From NCBI GenBank assembly GCA_963677925.2, contig CAXXYH010000004.1, positions 64,001 to 128,000 on the forward strand: 64,000 nt of DNA, in the 5' to 3' direction. The notes beneath the pieces were generated by a model. The model did not search any database, had not been told where the DNA came from, and saw only the letters and a program-made list of their open reading frames with translations. Positions 1 through 9,229 of this stretch are shown here, one piece after another (the first letter of the stretch is position 1; the number at the start of each line of letters is the position of its first letter). The translations under genes were made by a program, and so were the position numbers. The DNA is from Spirochaetia bacterium. Lineage in GTDB: Bacteria; Spirochaetota; Spirochaetia; UBA9216.

Positions 1-1067
1 TAGTTCGAGTTTTCAAGAATATTTCTGCATAAAACCAGTCCCGTATCTTTACGGTCTTCTGTTACAAGCCCGATGTTGTTACTGATTGCATCAAGAGTAC
101 TCCTGATATTTACCTTCTTTCCGTCCAGATAGATTTCACCGGACAGCGGAGTCCTCATACCAAAGATAACTTCCATAAGCTCAGTACGGCCTGCTCCGAC
201 AAGACCGCTGAAGCAAAGAATTTCACCTCTTCTCAGCTGAAAACTTATATCCTTAAGCATGTTATCCGAAATATTTTTAACCTCAAGGAGAATATCATCA
301 GGATCTCCGCAGAAATCGCCGGCTTTTGAATCGGGAATTTTTCTACCTACCATCATTTCAGCAATCTCTTTCTCGGTTATATCAGCTACAGCCTTTGTCC
401 CTACAAAGGTTCCGTCACGAAGTACAGTAACGCTCTGGCAGACATCCTTTATTTCTTTTAACCGATGTGAGATGTAGATAATTGAAATTCCGTCTGAACT
501 AAGATTTCTCATCAGTTCGAACATAATTTCAGTCTCTTTTCCTGTAAGGACCGCAGTAGGCTCATCCATTATCAGAAGTTCGACATTGAAGGAAATGGCC
601 TTTGCAATTTCAACCATCTGCTTCTGGGCTATCTTCAAATCCTTAACTTTGGTCTTCGGGTCGAGATCCTGATCAAGTTTTTTCAGAAGGCTGCCTGCTA
701 CAATATTCATCTCGTTAAAGTCAATCAGCCCGTTTTTCTTTCTTGGTTCCCGGCACAGGAATATATTCTGTGCGATCGTGAGATCGTCGATCAGGTTCAG
801 CTCCTGGTGAATCATTGAGATACCGAATGCCTGGACCTCCAGAGGTCCGGCATTCCGCTTAATATGTTCACCATTAAAATAAACTTCACCTTCTTCCTGT
901 TCATAAATGCCGGAAAGGATCTTCATAAGGGTTGATTTACCGGCTCCGTTTTCTCCGCAGAGCGCTCTAATCTCTCCCTTATTAAGGCTGAAATCCACCT
1001 GATGGAGAACTTCAACCCCGTAGAACTCTTTACTAATTCCCTGCATTTCCAGCAGTTTAGACATCAT
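1..1067 (-). CDS. Sugar ABC transporter ATP-binding protein (RbsA/MglA type), truncated at the window edge
   Basis: Not in the ORF track. Manual minus-strand translation from ATG 1067/1064 gives MMSKLLEMQGISKEFYGVEVLHQVDFSLNKGEIRALCGENGAGKSTLMKI (Walker A GENGAGKST). Downstream it has IMDEPTAVL and a second-domain FSGLVGAGRTELME. Confidence 0.93.
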   Translation of the reverse strand, partial: MMSKLLEMQGISKEFYGVEVLHQVDFSLNKGEIRALCGENGAGKSTLMKILSGIYEQEEGEVYFNGEHIKRNAGPLEVQAFGISMIHQELNLIDDLTIAQNIFLCREPRKKNGLIDFNEMNIVAGSLLKKLDQDLDPKTKVKDLKIAQKQMVEIAKAISFNVELLIMDEPTAVLTGKETEIMFELMRNLSSDGISIIYISHRLKEIKDVCQSVTVLRDGTFVGTKAVADITEKEIAEMMVGRKIPDSKAGDFCGDPDDILLEVKNISDNMLKDISFQLRRGEILCFSGLVGAGRTELMEVIFGMRTPLSGEIYLDGKKVNIRSTLDAISNNIGLVTEDRKDTGLVLCRNILENSN

Positions 1068-1096
1068 AAACCCCTTAAACCTGAATAATCCTGCGC

Positions 1097-2338
1097 CTAG
1101 GTATGGTTAACCCTGAGTGCGCCCTTATCTTCTCTTTCTTTTTTAAGTATCTCTGTGTATTTCTTGTTAAAGGTTGTACAGCCTACCGGGGTCTGTCTGA
1201 TAAGAAGTTCAAGACAGTTGTCGCATACTGTACACCACTTAATCTCGTTTTCTCTTCCCTCTCTAAGCTTCAGCGGAAGCAGCGGATCTGCAAAAGACTG
1301 CCGGCCGAGACCGATCATGTCTGCTACACCTCTTTCAATACACTGGGCTCCATAGCTGAACAGTGAACTGTCCTCAGGACTTACCGCACAGAGTTTGTTC
1401 TTTCCGTTTCTAAACGGTGAAAAGTTTGAACCTATTACTACTGTTTCAGGCTTTAGAGCCTTCTTCATTTCTTTTGACCAGTACTGGTGCAGGTAGGCGT
1501 AGTAAGGCACATGCCTGTCAACCTGGGTGATACTGATTGTTATTGACGGACTTCCTGCAGACTGAATAAAGTACTGCGCTCCTCTTTCCTCAAGACCCTT
1601 CACAAGTGCAAGCGGCTCGGTAAGATCCATTACAGGTGAATCGGGACCGTCTGTTCCGAACCCGCCGGGAAAACCTTCCCATGCCGAGATCTTTGAACCG
1701 ATGAGGAAGTTCGGATCGTTTACAGCCTTAGCCATTTTCTCATACAGCTCAAAGGCAAAACGGCTTCTGTTTTCCCATGAACCGCCGTATTTCCACTTAC
1801 GGTCATTGTAGGGGCGAAGCAGCTGTGAACCGAAATAGCCGTGGCAGAGCTTCATATCTATTCCGTCGGCTCCGGCATCATGGGCTATCTTTGCCGCAAG
1901 TACAAAGTCATCCATTATCTTGTCTACTTCATCCTCGGTGAGAACATCTCCGCCGTAGCCGTGCAGGGGTTTTACTGTGACCCGTCTTGAAAACTCGGGG
2001 TTTGACAGTTCGCCTGAATGGGTAAGCTGAAATATAAACAGGGTGTCGGGGTTTGCATCCTTAACTTCTTTTACAAACTTTGTAAGCGGCTCCCTGTTGG
2101 GCTCCATGATCATCAGCTGGTTGTCTCTTGCCCGGCTTTCACGGGTTACTGATATTGCTTCAAGTGAGATAAGACCGGCTTCACCCTTTGCCAGAGTTTT
2201 GTATCTTTCGGTTGTATCGGATGACGGGTTTCCTGTTTCATCCTCATCGTTGCATTCCATTGCCTGGATGAAAAACCTGTTCTTACACGTTCTGTTTCCT
2301 ATTTTTAGTTCGCTTAATAATGTCTCTTTGTAACTCAT
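1097..2338 (-). CDS. NADH:flavin oxidoreductase / Old Yellow Enzyme family protein with a C-terminal 4Fe-4S motif
   Basis: KNRFFIQAME, QLTHSG, GADGIDMKLCHGY, YGGSWENRSRF, GLGRQSFADP, and C-terminal CTVCDNC-x11-C. Confidence 0.85.
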   Translation of the reverse strand: MSYKETLLSELKIGNRTCKNRFFIQAMECNDEDETGNPSSDTTERYKTLAKGEAGLISLEAISVTRESRARDNQLMIMEPNREPLTKFVKEVKDANPDTLFIFQLTHSGELSNPEFSRRVTVKPLHGYGGDVLTEDEVDKIMDDFVLAAKIAHDAGADGIDMKLCHGYFGSQLLRPYNDRKWKYGGSWENRSRFAFELYEKMAKAVNDPNFLIGSKISAWEGFPGGFGTDGPDSPVMDLTEPLALVKGLEERGAQYFIQSAGSPSITISITQVDRHVPYYAYLHQYWSKEMKKALKPETVVIGSNFSPFRNGKNKLCAVSPEDSSLFSYGAQCIERGVADMIGLGRQSFADPLLPLKLREGRENEIKWCTVCDNCLELLIRQTPVGCTTFNKKYTEILKKEREDKGALRVNHT

Positions 2339-2361
2339 TCCTTCTTCCTGTAAAATATTCT

Positions 2362-3669
2362 TTAACTGCTGTGTGCAGCTTTATAGTAGCCTTCAAGATA
2401 AGACCCGATATGTTCGAGTATCAGATCTTCTGCATTCATATTTTTTTGATTCTTCATAATCCGGATAAACTCAAGCGGCATATACTGGCTCAGCATCGAA
2501 AGAGGAACCTCTGCCTTCTTGATGTTATTGATCAGCGTTTCGATTGATGCTTTAACTTCCGGATTTCCCTGATAATACCGGGCCCTGTCGGAAAAACTGT
2601 ATTTTCTTGCAATTCTTACTTTTTCCTCATCACCGCGGTAATGCTTTTCCCAGTATCCCGGAGCCTCAACCATCACACGGTCAAGAACCGATGAAAAATT
2701 CGAAAGCTTTTCATCTGCATTCCGGTACAGCTCCTTCTCAATCATTTCAAGTGAATAGAGTGCCTCCCTGAGCGCAAAGGTCAAAGCAGGCCCTACCTTC
2801 AAAAATGCAATACCGTCCTCCACCATCATCCGGAGCGAATCTTCACTCTGGTAATCTGTAGAGTGCCCTTCAAAGACAAGCCCCAGATTCTTTTTGCCGT
2901 ATTCCGACAAAGCTGCCATGTTCGCCCTGCTGTAGTGGAAAACTTCAGAATCACCGAACTCCACACCGGTCTGCACAACTATGGCAAGAACCCTGCTGAA
3001 AGCATCTTCAAGTCCGGCATTTTTAAAAACCTCGCTGTAGGTTCTGTATGTGCCTGAACAGTCTTCGATTGAAGTTACGATTGAATCTTCGTCTTCACCG
3101 GTAAACCCGCCGGGCACCGGAACCTCGCTTCCGATTACATAAACCGGAACCTCAGAATCAGGAAAAGCAGCTAGCCTCTCTGCAAAAGCACTTTCAGCGG
3201 CGCGACAGAGCCTTGCTCCCCTCTGTGCAACAGCCTCAACTGCCAGCGGTTCACTTTCAGAATCGGTTCCCAGTCTCATTGATGTATCCAGATGGATCTT
3301 GGTAAATCCCGCCAGGACATATTCACGGACAAGATCCTCCGCGTACTGCATAGCTTCATCTTCAGGAAGGCTGCTGCGTGTAAGGGGTCCAAGATGGTCG
3401 CCGCCAAGAATTATCCTTTCTTCAGGAAAATCCATGCCGGCTGCGATCCTTTTTATAAAGACTGTAAAATCCGCAGGCTTCATCCCGGTGTATCCGCCGT
3501 TCTGATCCACCTGATTAGCTGTTGCCTCAATCAGAACAGGGACATCAAACTCGGCAGCTTTTTTCATAGCCGCTTTTATTGCAAATTCATTTGCAGTACA
3601 GATTGATGTAATACCGGCAGCAGCACCGCTTTTCTGTTTATTTACAATCTCTGAAAGATACCTGCTCAT
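2362..3669 (-). CDS. gatZ: GatZ/KbaZ family protein (tagatose-6-phosphate 4-epimerase / tagatose-bisphosphate aldolase accessory family)
   Basis: LIEATANQVDQNGGYTGMKP, LGGDHLGP, KIHLDTSM, YVIGSEVPVPGG, FEGHSTDYQ, LKVGPALTFALREAL, YSFSDRARYY. Confidence 0.9.
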   Translation of the reverse strand: MSRYLSEIVNKQKSGAAAGITSICTANEFAIKAAMKKAAEFDVPVLIEATANQVDQNGGYTGMKPADFTVFIKRIAAGMDFPEERIILGGDHLGPLTRSSLPEDEAMQYAEDLVREYVLAGFTKIHLDTSMRLGTDSESEPLAVEAVAQRGARLCRAAESAFAERLAAFPDSEVPVYVIGSEVPVPGGFTGEDEDSIVTSIEDCSGTYRTYSEVFKNAGLEDAFSRVLAIVVQTGVEFGDSEVFHYSRANMAALSEYGKKNLGLVFEGHSTDYQSEDSLRMMVEDGIAFLKVGPALTFALREALYSLEMIEKELYRNADEKLSNFSSVLDRVMVEAPGYWEKHYRGDEEKVRIARKYSFSDRARYYQGNPEVKASIETLINNIKKAEVPLSMLSQYMPLEFIRIMKNQKNMNAEDLILEHIGSYLEGYYKAAHSS

Positions 3670-3671
3670 TA

Positions 3672-4616
3672 TCAGCCCCGCTCTCCGGTTTCAATCATAT
3701 TTTTCACAGTCTCAGGGGAAATATCACCTTCCATCGGACCGAATGCTGAGGTATTAAGTGCGCCTGCAGCTGATGCCTGGTCGATAATTTCATCAAGCGG
3801 TTTATTCTCAAGAAGTCCGCAGATAAAAGCACCGTCAAAACTGTCGCCGGCCCCTGTTGCATCAACAGGTTTTATTTTAAATACTCCACGTTCTGAAGTT
3901 TCTGTTTTTGTGTATACAGAGCATCCTTTAGAGCCCCGCTTTAGAGTAAGGATTTCAAACCCCTCAATCTGAAAACACTTCTCAACTGCTTTTTCAATAT
4001 CAGTCTCATCCGTAAGAAGAAGCAGTTCATCAACTCCAGGCATAAAGACCGATGTATTTTCGAAAACTTCCCTGACAATCGTCATAACGGATGGATCTTT
4101 CATAAGCTCGGGCCTGATGTTCGGATCAAAGCTTATTTTTGCTCCAAGCGATTTTGCAAGATGAACCGTCTTCACGATTTCTTTTGCGAAATCCTTATCA
4201 GCCATTAACGAACATCCCATGACATGGAAAAACTTAATCCCTTCCAAATCATCAGCAGAAGGAGCCTTGGGAAGAACCGCCGGGGTATTACCAATATGAT
4301 AGATAAACTTCCTTGAACCGTCTTCAAAATAGGTTACAAAGGCAACACCCGTAGTTCCGGAAGCATCAACAAGAATTTTAGAGCAGTTAACACCGTCTTC
4401 CTTCATGCGGTCTGTTAGACATTTACCGAAATCATCATCACCCACCCCGCCGATAATTCCTGCAGAATGGCCCAGCCTTGCTACCGTGTCTATGAATATT
4501 GCGGGAGCTCCGCTTGGATAAGGGCCTTTAAATAATCCAGCCTTATTTAACTCCATTCCGGCATCGGGTCTCATGATCTCTACAATCATTTCACCCATTG
4601 TCCATACTTCTGACAT
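3672..4616 (-). CDS. PfkB family sugar kinase (probable tagatose/ketohexose kinase)
   Basis: GPYPSGAPAIF, FDPNIR, and the PfkB signature DATGAGDSFDGAF; adjacent to a gatZ-family gene. Confidence 0.9.
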   Translation of the reverse strand: MSEVWTMGEMIVEIMRPDAGMELNKAGLFKGPYPSGAPAIFIDTVARLGHSAGIIGGVGDDDFGKCLTDRMKEDGVNCSKILVDASGTTGVAFVTYFEDGSRKFIYHIGNTPAVLPKAPSADDLEGIKFFHVMGCSLMADKDFAKEIVKTVHLAKSLGAKISFDPNIRPELMKDPSVMTIVREVFENTSVFMPGVDELLLLTDETDIEKAVEKCFQIEGFEILTLKRGSKGCSVYTKTETSERGVFKIKPVDATGAGDSFDGAFICGLLENKPLDEIIDQASAAGALNTSAFGPMEGDISPETVKNMIETGERG

Positions 4617-4629
4617 ACTTAATCCTTTC

Positions 4630-5493
4630 TCAGCAGAATTTTTCCCTTAGGAATTCCAGCGACTTTTTAATTTTCAGATTCATTTCCTCAGGACTTGCCC
4701 CCTCGCTCAGATCTCTCCAGACTTTTATGTCCTTTCCTACCTGACCGCCGTCAAAATAAAAGGGTTCCATGACAACTCCGCCGTCAAATCCGATATCTTT
4801 TAGTGCTTTTGCAATACCGTCCCAATCCAGCGAGCCTTCACCGGGCAGCTTTCTGTTTCCTTCACCGACATGAAGATGTGAGAGCCTCTTTCCTGCTGTT
4901 CGTATAGCATCGGGAAGATTATCCTCTTCTATGTTCATATGAAATGTATCAAGCAGCATGCTCACATTGGGGTGACCGACCTGCTCACAGAACTTGTTTG
5001 CCTCAGCGGCAGTATTCAGGATATGTGTTTCAAAACGGTTAACTACTTCAAGACTGATCTGGACATCACATTCCGCAGCAACTTCGGCAAGCCTCTTAAC
5101 ACTCTCAACACCGCGTGCCCATATAGCCGGTTTATCCAGATCTGAAAAATCATTAGGCCAGTAAGTGTACTGAACACCGACAATAATTTTGGAACCGAGC
5201 ACTTTCATAGCCCGCATAATATCTGAAAGGAATTTAATCCCTGCTTCACGTACTGCGGGATCTGCTGAAGCGACATCTTTATCCTTTGCCGGACCGATAT
5301 TACATGTAATCTCCAGTCCCAGTTCTTCAGCATGTTTTTTTAGTTTTAAAATTTCATCTTCCGACATCTCTAAAAGATGTCCTGCACCAATCTCAAGAAT
5401 GTCAAAACCAGCTGTTTTTACCCGGTCCGCTATCTCAATATAGTCGCAGCTCCACTCATTCCCCCAATAGGAATACAATGTTCCAAATTTCAT
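4630..5493 (-). CDS. D-psicose/D-tagatose 3-epimerase family (ketose 3-epimerase)
   Basis: N-terminus MKFGTLYSYWGNEW. Catalytic and metal motifs LEVVNRFE, LDTFHMNIEE, HLHVGEGNRKLPG, VMEPF. Start moved to ATG 5493 behind a GAGGTG Shine-Dalgarno. Confidence 0.88.
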   Translation of the reverse strand: MKFGTLYSYWGNEWSCDYIEIADRVKTAGFDILEIGAGHLLEMSEDEILKLKKHAEELGLEITCNIGPAKDKDVASADPAVREAGIKFLSDIMRAMKVLGSKIIVGVQYTYWPNDFSDLDKPAIWARGVESVKRLAEVAAECDVQISLEVVNRFETHILNTAAEANKFCEQVGHPNVSMLLDTFHMNIEEDNLPDAIRTAGKRLSHLHVGEGNRKLPGEGSLDWDGIAKALKDIGFDGGVVMEPFYFDGGQVGKDIKVWRDLSEGASPEEMNLKIKKSLEFLREKFC

Positions 5494-5567
5494 CATTTCA
5501 CCTCTAATATCCGCCTGCACCAGATGATAAATAATCAAAACAATACATTACTGATTTACTACCAAAT

Positions 5568-5581
5568 TGTGCTCGAGCACA
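5568..5581. promoter_or_regulatory. Putative LacI-family operator (perfect palindrome TGTGCTCGAGCACA)
   Basis: 14-bp perfect palindrome with a central CG, in the divergent intergenic region between the epimerase and the LacI gene. Confidence 0.7.
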
Positions 5582-5716
5582 TTTATTTGTGATCGCAATA
5601 TAACACGGTTTTTTTCATCCCGCAAGAAAATTTTTGCTATTTTCGGACTAATTTTAGCAAAATTTATTCGATTTTATTAATTTTTGTCCATTTAACCGGT
5701 TTTTAACGATAAACGC

Positions 5717-5746
5717 TTGAAACAAATTGTGCTCGTGTGTTATTTT
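5717..5746 (+). promoter_or_regulatory. Putative sigma70 promoter of the LacI gene, overlapped by a second operator half-site
   Basis: TTGAAA (5717-5722) ... TATTTT (5741-5746). The spacer contains CAAATTGTGCTCG (5723-5735), identical to 5563-5575. Confidence 0.5.
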
Positions 5747-5816
5747 GTGTTAAAAATTAATAGTAATTTAATCTACTTATATATATAATAAGTAGCACCA
5801 GATCGGAGGAAATTTT

Positions 5817-6845
5817 GTGGCTGTTACCATCAAACAGATAGCTGAACTTGCAGAGGTATCAAGGGGAACCGTTGATAAGGTTCTCAACGGAAGACCCGGT
5901 GTAAAAACAGAAACAAAAGAACGAATCCTCAAGATAGCAAAAGAGCTCAACTACAAGCCTAATTACCTGGGAAAAGCCCTGGTAATGAGCAAGGAAAAAA
6001 CTAAAATCGGAGTAATCCTGACTCCCGAGTACAACCCCTTTGTTCATGAAATAATCCAGGGTATCCATAATGCCCAGGCCGAGTTTGAGCTTTTTGGAAT
6101 TGAAATAGCAATCAAAATGCTCAGCACCCTTGAACCGGCAGAACAGATAGGTATTCTAAATCACTTTGAAAATGAAAACTTCGCCGGAGTAGCTGTTTTC
6201 CCGCTGAATGATAAACAGATCATCGATAAAATAAATACGATGAGCCGAAAAGGCATAGCAATCATAACCTTCAATTCTCAGATTCAGGAAATTAACGACA
6301 TTTGCTTTGTAGGACAGGATCACTATAGGGGAGGAAGAACCGCAGCCGGATTACTGAACAAGCTTCTTCCCGACGGCGGTCGAGTCGGAATTATTATAAG
6401 CTCCAAAAATCTTTCCTGCCATCAGGACCGTCTGAAAGGATTTACCGATAAAATCAACGATTTCCATGCTGATCTTGACATCGTCAGAGTGGAAGAGAAC
6501 CAGGACAGAACCGAAACAGCTTTTCAGATTACGATGAGTTATCTGAAAGCCTTTCCTGATTTAAGAGGAATCTACATCACCGGCGGCGGGGCTGCAGGAG
6601 TGGGCAAGGCAATTGATCTGGCTGAAAAATCCGGAAAAATAAAGCTCATTTGCCATGATATAATTCCTGATACCGTAAAACTGCTGAAAGAAGAAATTGC
6701 AGACTTTACTCTTGGTCAGAACCCCGAACTCCAGGGTTACATTTTAATAAAAACAATGTTTGACTACCTGATAAAACAGCAGAAACCTGAAAACAAGGTA
6801 ATTGATGTACCCATTGAAATATTCACTGCCGATACTATCGATTAG
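5817..6845 (+). CDS. LacI family transcriptional regulator
   Basis: N-terminal TIKQIAELAEVSRGTVDKVLN HTH, YKPNYLGKAL hinge, and a periplasmic-binding-protein-like effector domain. Confidence 0.93.
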   Translation: MAVTIKQIAELAEVSRGTVDKVLNGRPGVKTETKERILKIAKELNYKPNYLGKALVMSKEKTKIGVILTPEYNPFVHEIIQGIHNAQAEFELFGIEIAIKMLSTLEPAEQIGILNHFENENFAGVAVFPLNDKQIIDKINTMSRKGIAIITFNSQIQEINDICFVGQDHYRGGRTAAGLLNKLLPDGGRVGIIISSKNLSCHQDRLKGFTDKINDFHADLDIVRVEENQDRTETAFQITMSYLKAFPDLRGIYITGGGAAGVGKAIDLAEKSGKIKLICHDIIPDTVKLLKEEIADFTLGQNPELQGYILIKTMFDYLIKQQKPENKVIDVPIEIFTADTID

Positions 6846-6863
6846 GTTTAATTAAGCATCTGC

Positions 6864-7871
6864 CTATACCCCTGTTATATCCCTTTTAAGCATCTCAAGC
6901 ATCTTATCTACATTATCCCTGTTTGCGCGGTAGTATATACGCTTACGCTCACCCTGCTCATAACTTACAAGATCAAGGGCTGATAATTTACTCATGTGGT
7001 ACGAAACTGTTGCAGAAGTAATATTCAGCTCATCTGCTATCTCTCTGATAAACCAGGGCTTCCTGCAGAGCATCTGTAATATTGTCCGCCGGCTTTCATC
7101 TGCCAGCAGACTGTAAATCTGATCGAGAGGAATACTGCCGCTGTCCTCCAGCAGAAACCTGCACCGGCCGTAAATTATAGTTGAAGGATTATCAATGTAG
7201 ATGATATCCAGCTCATCAAAGAAACTTATCAGCAGCTGACCGGTTTCCAGACCATCTTCAGGCTTGGTTCTGCAGTATCCGCTGAAAAATCTGTCCGGCT
7301 CCGAGTCAAGAACCACTTGATCCGCTTTGATCTGCCGGGAAATTTCATCCTTGACAATTTCTGAAAAAGGAACAAACGCAACTTCAAGGAAGTTCCGCAT
7401 AGTATCGGCAAGCCGGCTGCGGTAGGCCTCCGGACACCGGGTATAATCAAGAAACTTTTCAGCTTCATTTTTTCTGGTTGTACCGTCAGCCAACCGGATA
7501 GCGCTGAGAATTTTATCGTCATCTCCTGATACATCAGCATAGCTCCTTCCGGTAAGATATGTATTGAAAAGTCTTTCTGTGAGTATCTTCGGATCTGCAG
7601 ATTCAAGCCTCTGAATCAGATTTTCCGGATCTATAATCTTTTCGTTAAGAGCAAGATCAACCGGAAGAAAAATCAGTCCGATAAAATCATGGATTAGATA
7701 ATTCAGATCCGCCTTTACAACACCGGAAAGTCCGCTATTTACTTCACCGTACCAGGCATCGAGCTCCGGACTGTAGTTATAGCCGGGAACAGAACCCTTT
7801 ATATCATCCCAGTGAACAAACTGAAGCATAGCACAGCAGAGATCTACGGCAGGGTTATACTCTATCTTCAA
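6864..7871 (-). CDS. ArsR/SmtB family regulator with C-terminal wHTH and a large N-terminal domain
   Basis: LADESRRTILQML...IREIADELNITSATVSYHMSKL; TTG start after AAGGAG; overlaps the MFS stop. Confidence 0.8.
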   Translation of the reverse strand: MKIEYNPAVDLCCAMLQFVHWDDIKGSVPGYNYSPELDAWYGEVNSGLSGVVKADLNYLIHDFIGLIFLPVDLALNEKIIDPENLIQRLESADPKILTERLFNTYLTGRSYADVSGDDDKILSAIRLADGTTRKNEAEKFLDYTRCPEAYRSRLADTMRNFLEVAFVPFSEIVKDEISRQIKADQVVLDSEPDRFFSGYCRTKPEDGLETGQLLISFFDELDIIYIDNPSTIIYGRCRFLLEDSGSIPLDQIYSLLADESRRTILQMLCRKPWFIREIADELNITSATVSYHMSKLSALDLVSYEQGERKRIYYRANRDNVDKMLEMLKRDITGV

Positions 7872-9078
7872 CAGGTTTCTCCTTTAAAAACAGATAAATA
7901 AATGAAAGAACGGCAAGCGCAAGACCGGCAACCAGCCAGGAGGTTCCTATTCCGGATCTATACGCCAGAAAACCGGCTAACAGTGAACCTGAAGCGCCCC
8001 CGAACTGAAGAAATAGCGAATTAAGAGACAACAGGGTGGAGCGCCGCTCAGAAGGAATATCCCGGTTAAATACTGTCATTTCCGGAGATCCGTTCAGTCC
8101 GTTTGCAAGCATAATCAGTAAATACAGGGGAATAAAACCTTCAATACTGTACATGAATGAAAGCGCTATATACATAACTGACATAATCAGTCTTGAAACA
8201 AACAGGACAAAAGCGTACCTGTTTTTAAACAGTTTTACAACATATACCGAAAGTGCGCTTCCGCCTGCAGCACAGACAAAATATCCGGATGAAACAACCC
8301 CCAGCAACCAGCTGCCTGTCTCAGGCGACAGCATCCTTAATTTCGGCTGCCACAGCTGTTCAAGACCCGAGAGGCCTATTCCAAGTCCAAAAGTTGCAAT
8401 TAAAATTATCAGAGTGTTCCGGCTTTTAAAACCATACTGAACAGCAGAACTGATAACATGCGGAAAAGCTCTGAATCCGTCAAGGATACGTCCTGAAAAC
8501 TTAGAACGATCCTCCTTTACCATAATTCCCGTAAGAATAATCTGAAGAGCATAAATTCCGACAAGAACCGCAATATTAGACCGGTATGAACCAGTGAGAT
8601 CCGGAATAAACCCGCCTGCAAGAGTTCCGGCACCGAGTGCGGCAGGTATGACAACACCCGCCTTCGCAAGAGCCTGCTGAAGCTGAGAATCATCCATACC
8701 TTCTTTTTTACATCCGTCAACAAACCAGGCCTCCATCGAGCCGGAAGAGAGAGCTCTCCCCGCCCCAAGCAGAAAGACAGAAATAAATAACAGATAAAAG
8801 CTTTGTGCAAACAGAATCACTGCATATCCGGTCATGTAAAAAGCTACTGCAAGCATATAGACGCGTTTTCTGCCGATTGAATCGGCAACTCCGCCTGTGG
8901 GCAGCTCCAGAACCATTACGGTAGTTCCCATTACAGCCATAATTGTTCCTACCTGGGCAATATTGAAGCCCATATCCAGAAGAACCAGAATCATAACCGG
9001 AGCAACTATCCCGACAGCAAACCAGTGAATTCCCTGGTTCAGTGAATAGATAAACAGAAGCCTATTATGTATTTTCAT
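7855..9078 (-). CDS. MFS transporter
   Basis: About 12 hydrophobic segments; motif-A-like ELPTGGVADSIGRKR; ALSSGSMEAW; IPSERRSTLLS. Confidence 0.9.
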   Translation of the reverse strand: MKIHNRLLFIYSLNQGIHWFAVGIVAPVMILVLLDMGFNIAQVGTIMAVMGTTVMVLELPTGGVADSIGRKRVYMLAVAFYMTGYAVILFAQSFYLLFISVFLLGAGRALSSGSMEAWFVDGCKKEGMDDSQLQQALAKAGVVIPAALGAGTLAGGFIPDLTGSYRSNIAVLVGIYALQIILTGIMVKEDRSKFSGRILDGFRAFPHVISSAVQYGFKSRNTLIILIATFGLGIGLSGLEQLWQPKLRMLSPETGSWLLGVVSSGYFVCAAGGSALSVYVVKLFKNRYAFVLFVSRLIMSVMYIALSFMYSIEGFIPLYLLIMLANGLNGSPEMTVFNRDIPSERRSTLLSLNSLFLQFGGASGSLLAGFLAYRSGIGTSWLVAGLALAVLSFIYLFLKEKPVEDRV

Positions 9079-9096
9079 AATATAAACATATCATGC

Positions 9097-9110
9097 TAGA
9101 TGCGTATCTA
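9097..9110. promoter_or_regulatory. Putative ArsR-type operator TAGAT-N4-ATCTA upstream of the MFS-ArsR operon
   Basis: TAGATGCGTATCTA just upstream of the MFS start, plus an extra ATCTA half-site at 9121-9125. Confidence 0.5.
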
Positions 9111-9153
9111 CAATACTAACATCTAACATAACTGTAAATTTTTAAAAATTTGC

Positions 9154-9185
9154 AAAAAAAAGCCTGTCCGGCAGGTGGACAGGCT
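9154..9185 (-). terminator. Rho-independent terminator after the FMN-binding gene
   Basis: AGCCTGTCC / GGACAGGCT stem with an adjacent A-run (U-tail on the minus strand). Confidence 0.8.
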
Positions 9186-9229
9186 GAAAAAATATTAGGA
9201 TTGAGGCAATTTCAATTTGTTAATGCATG

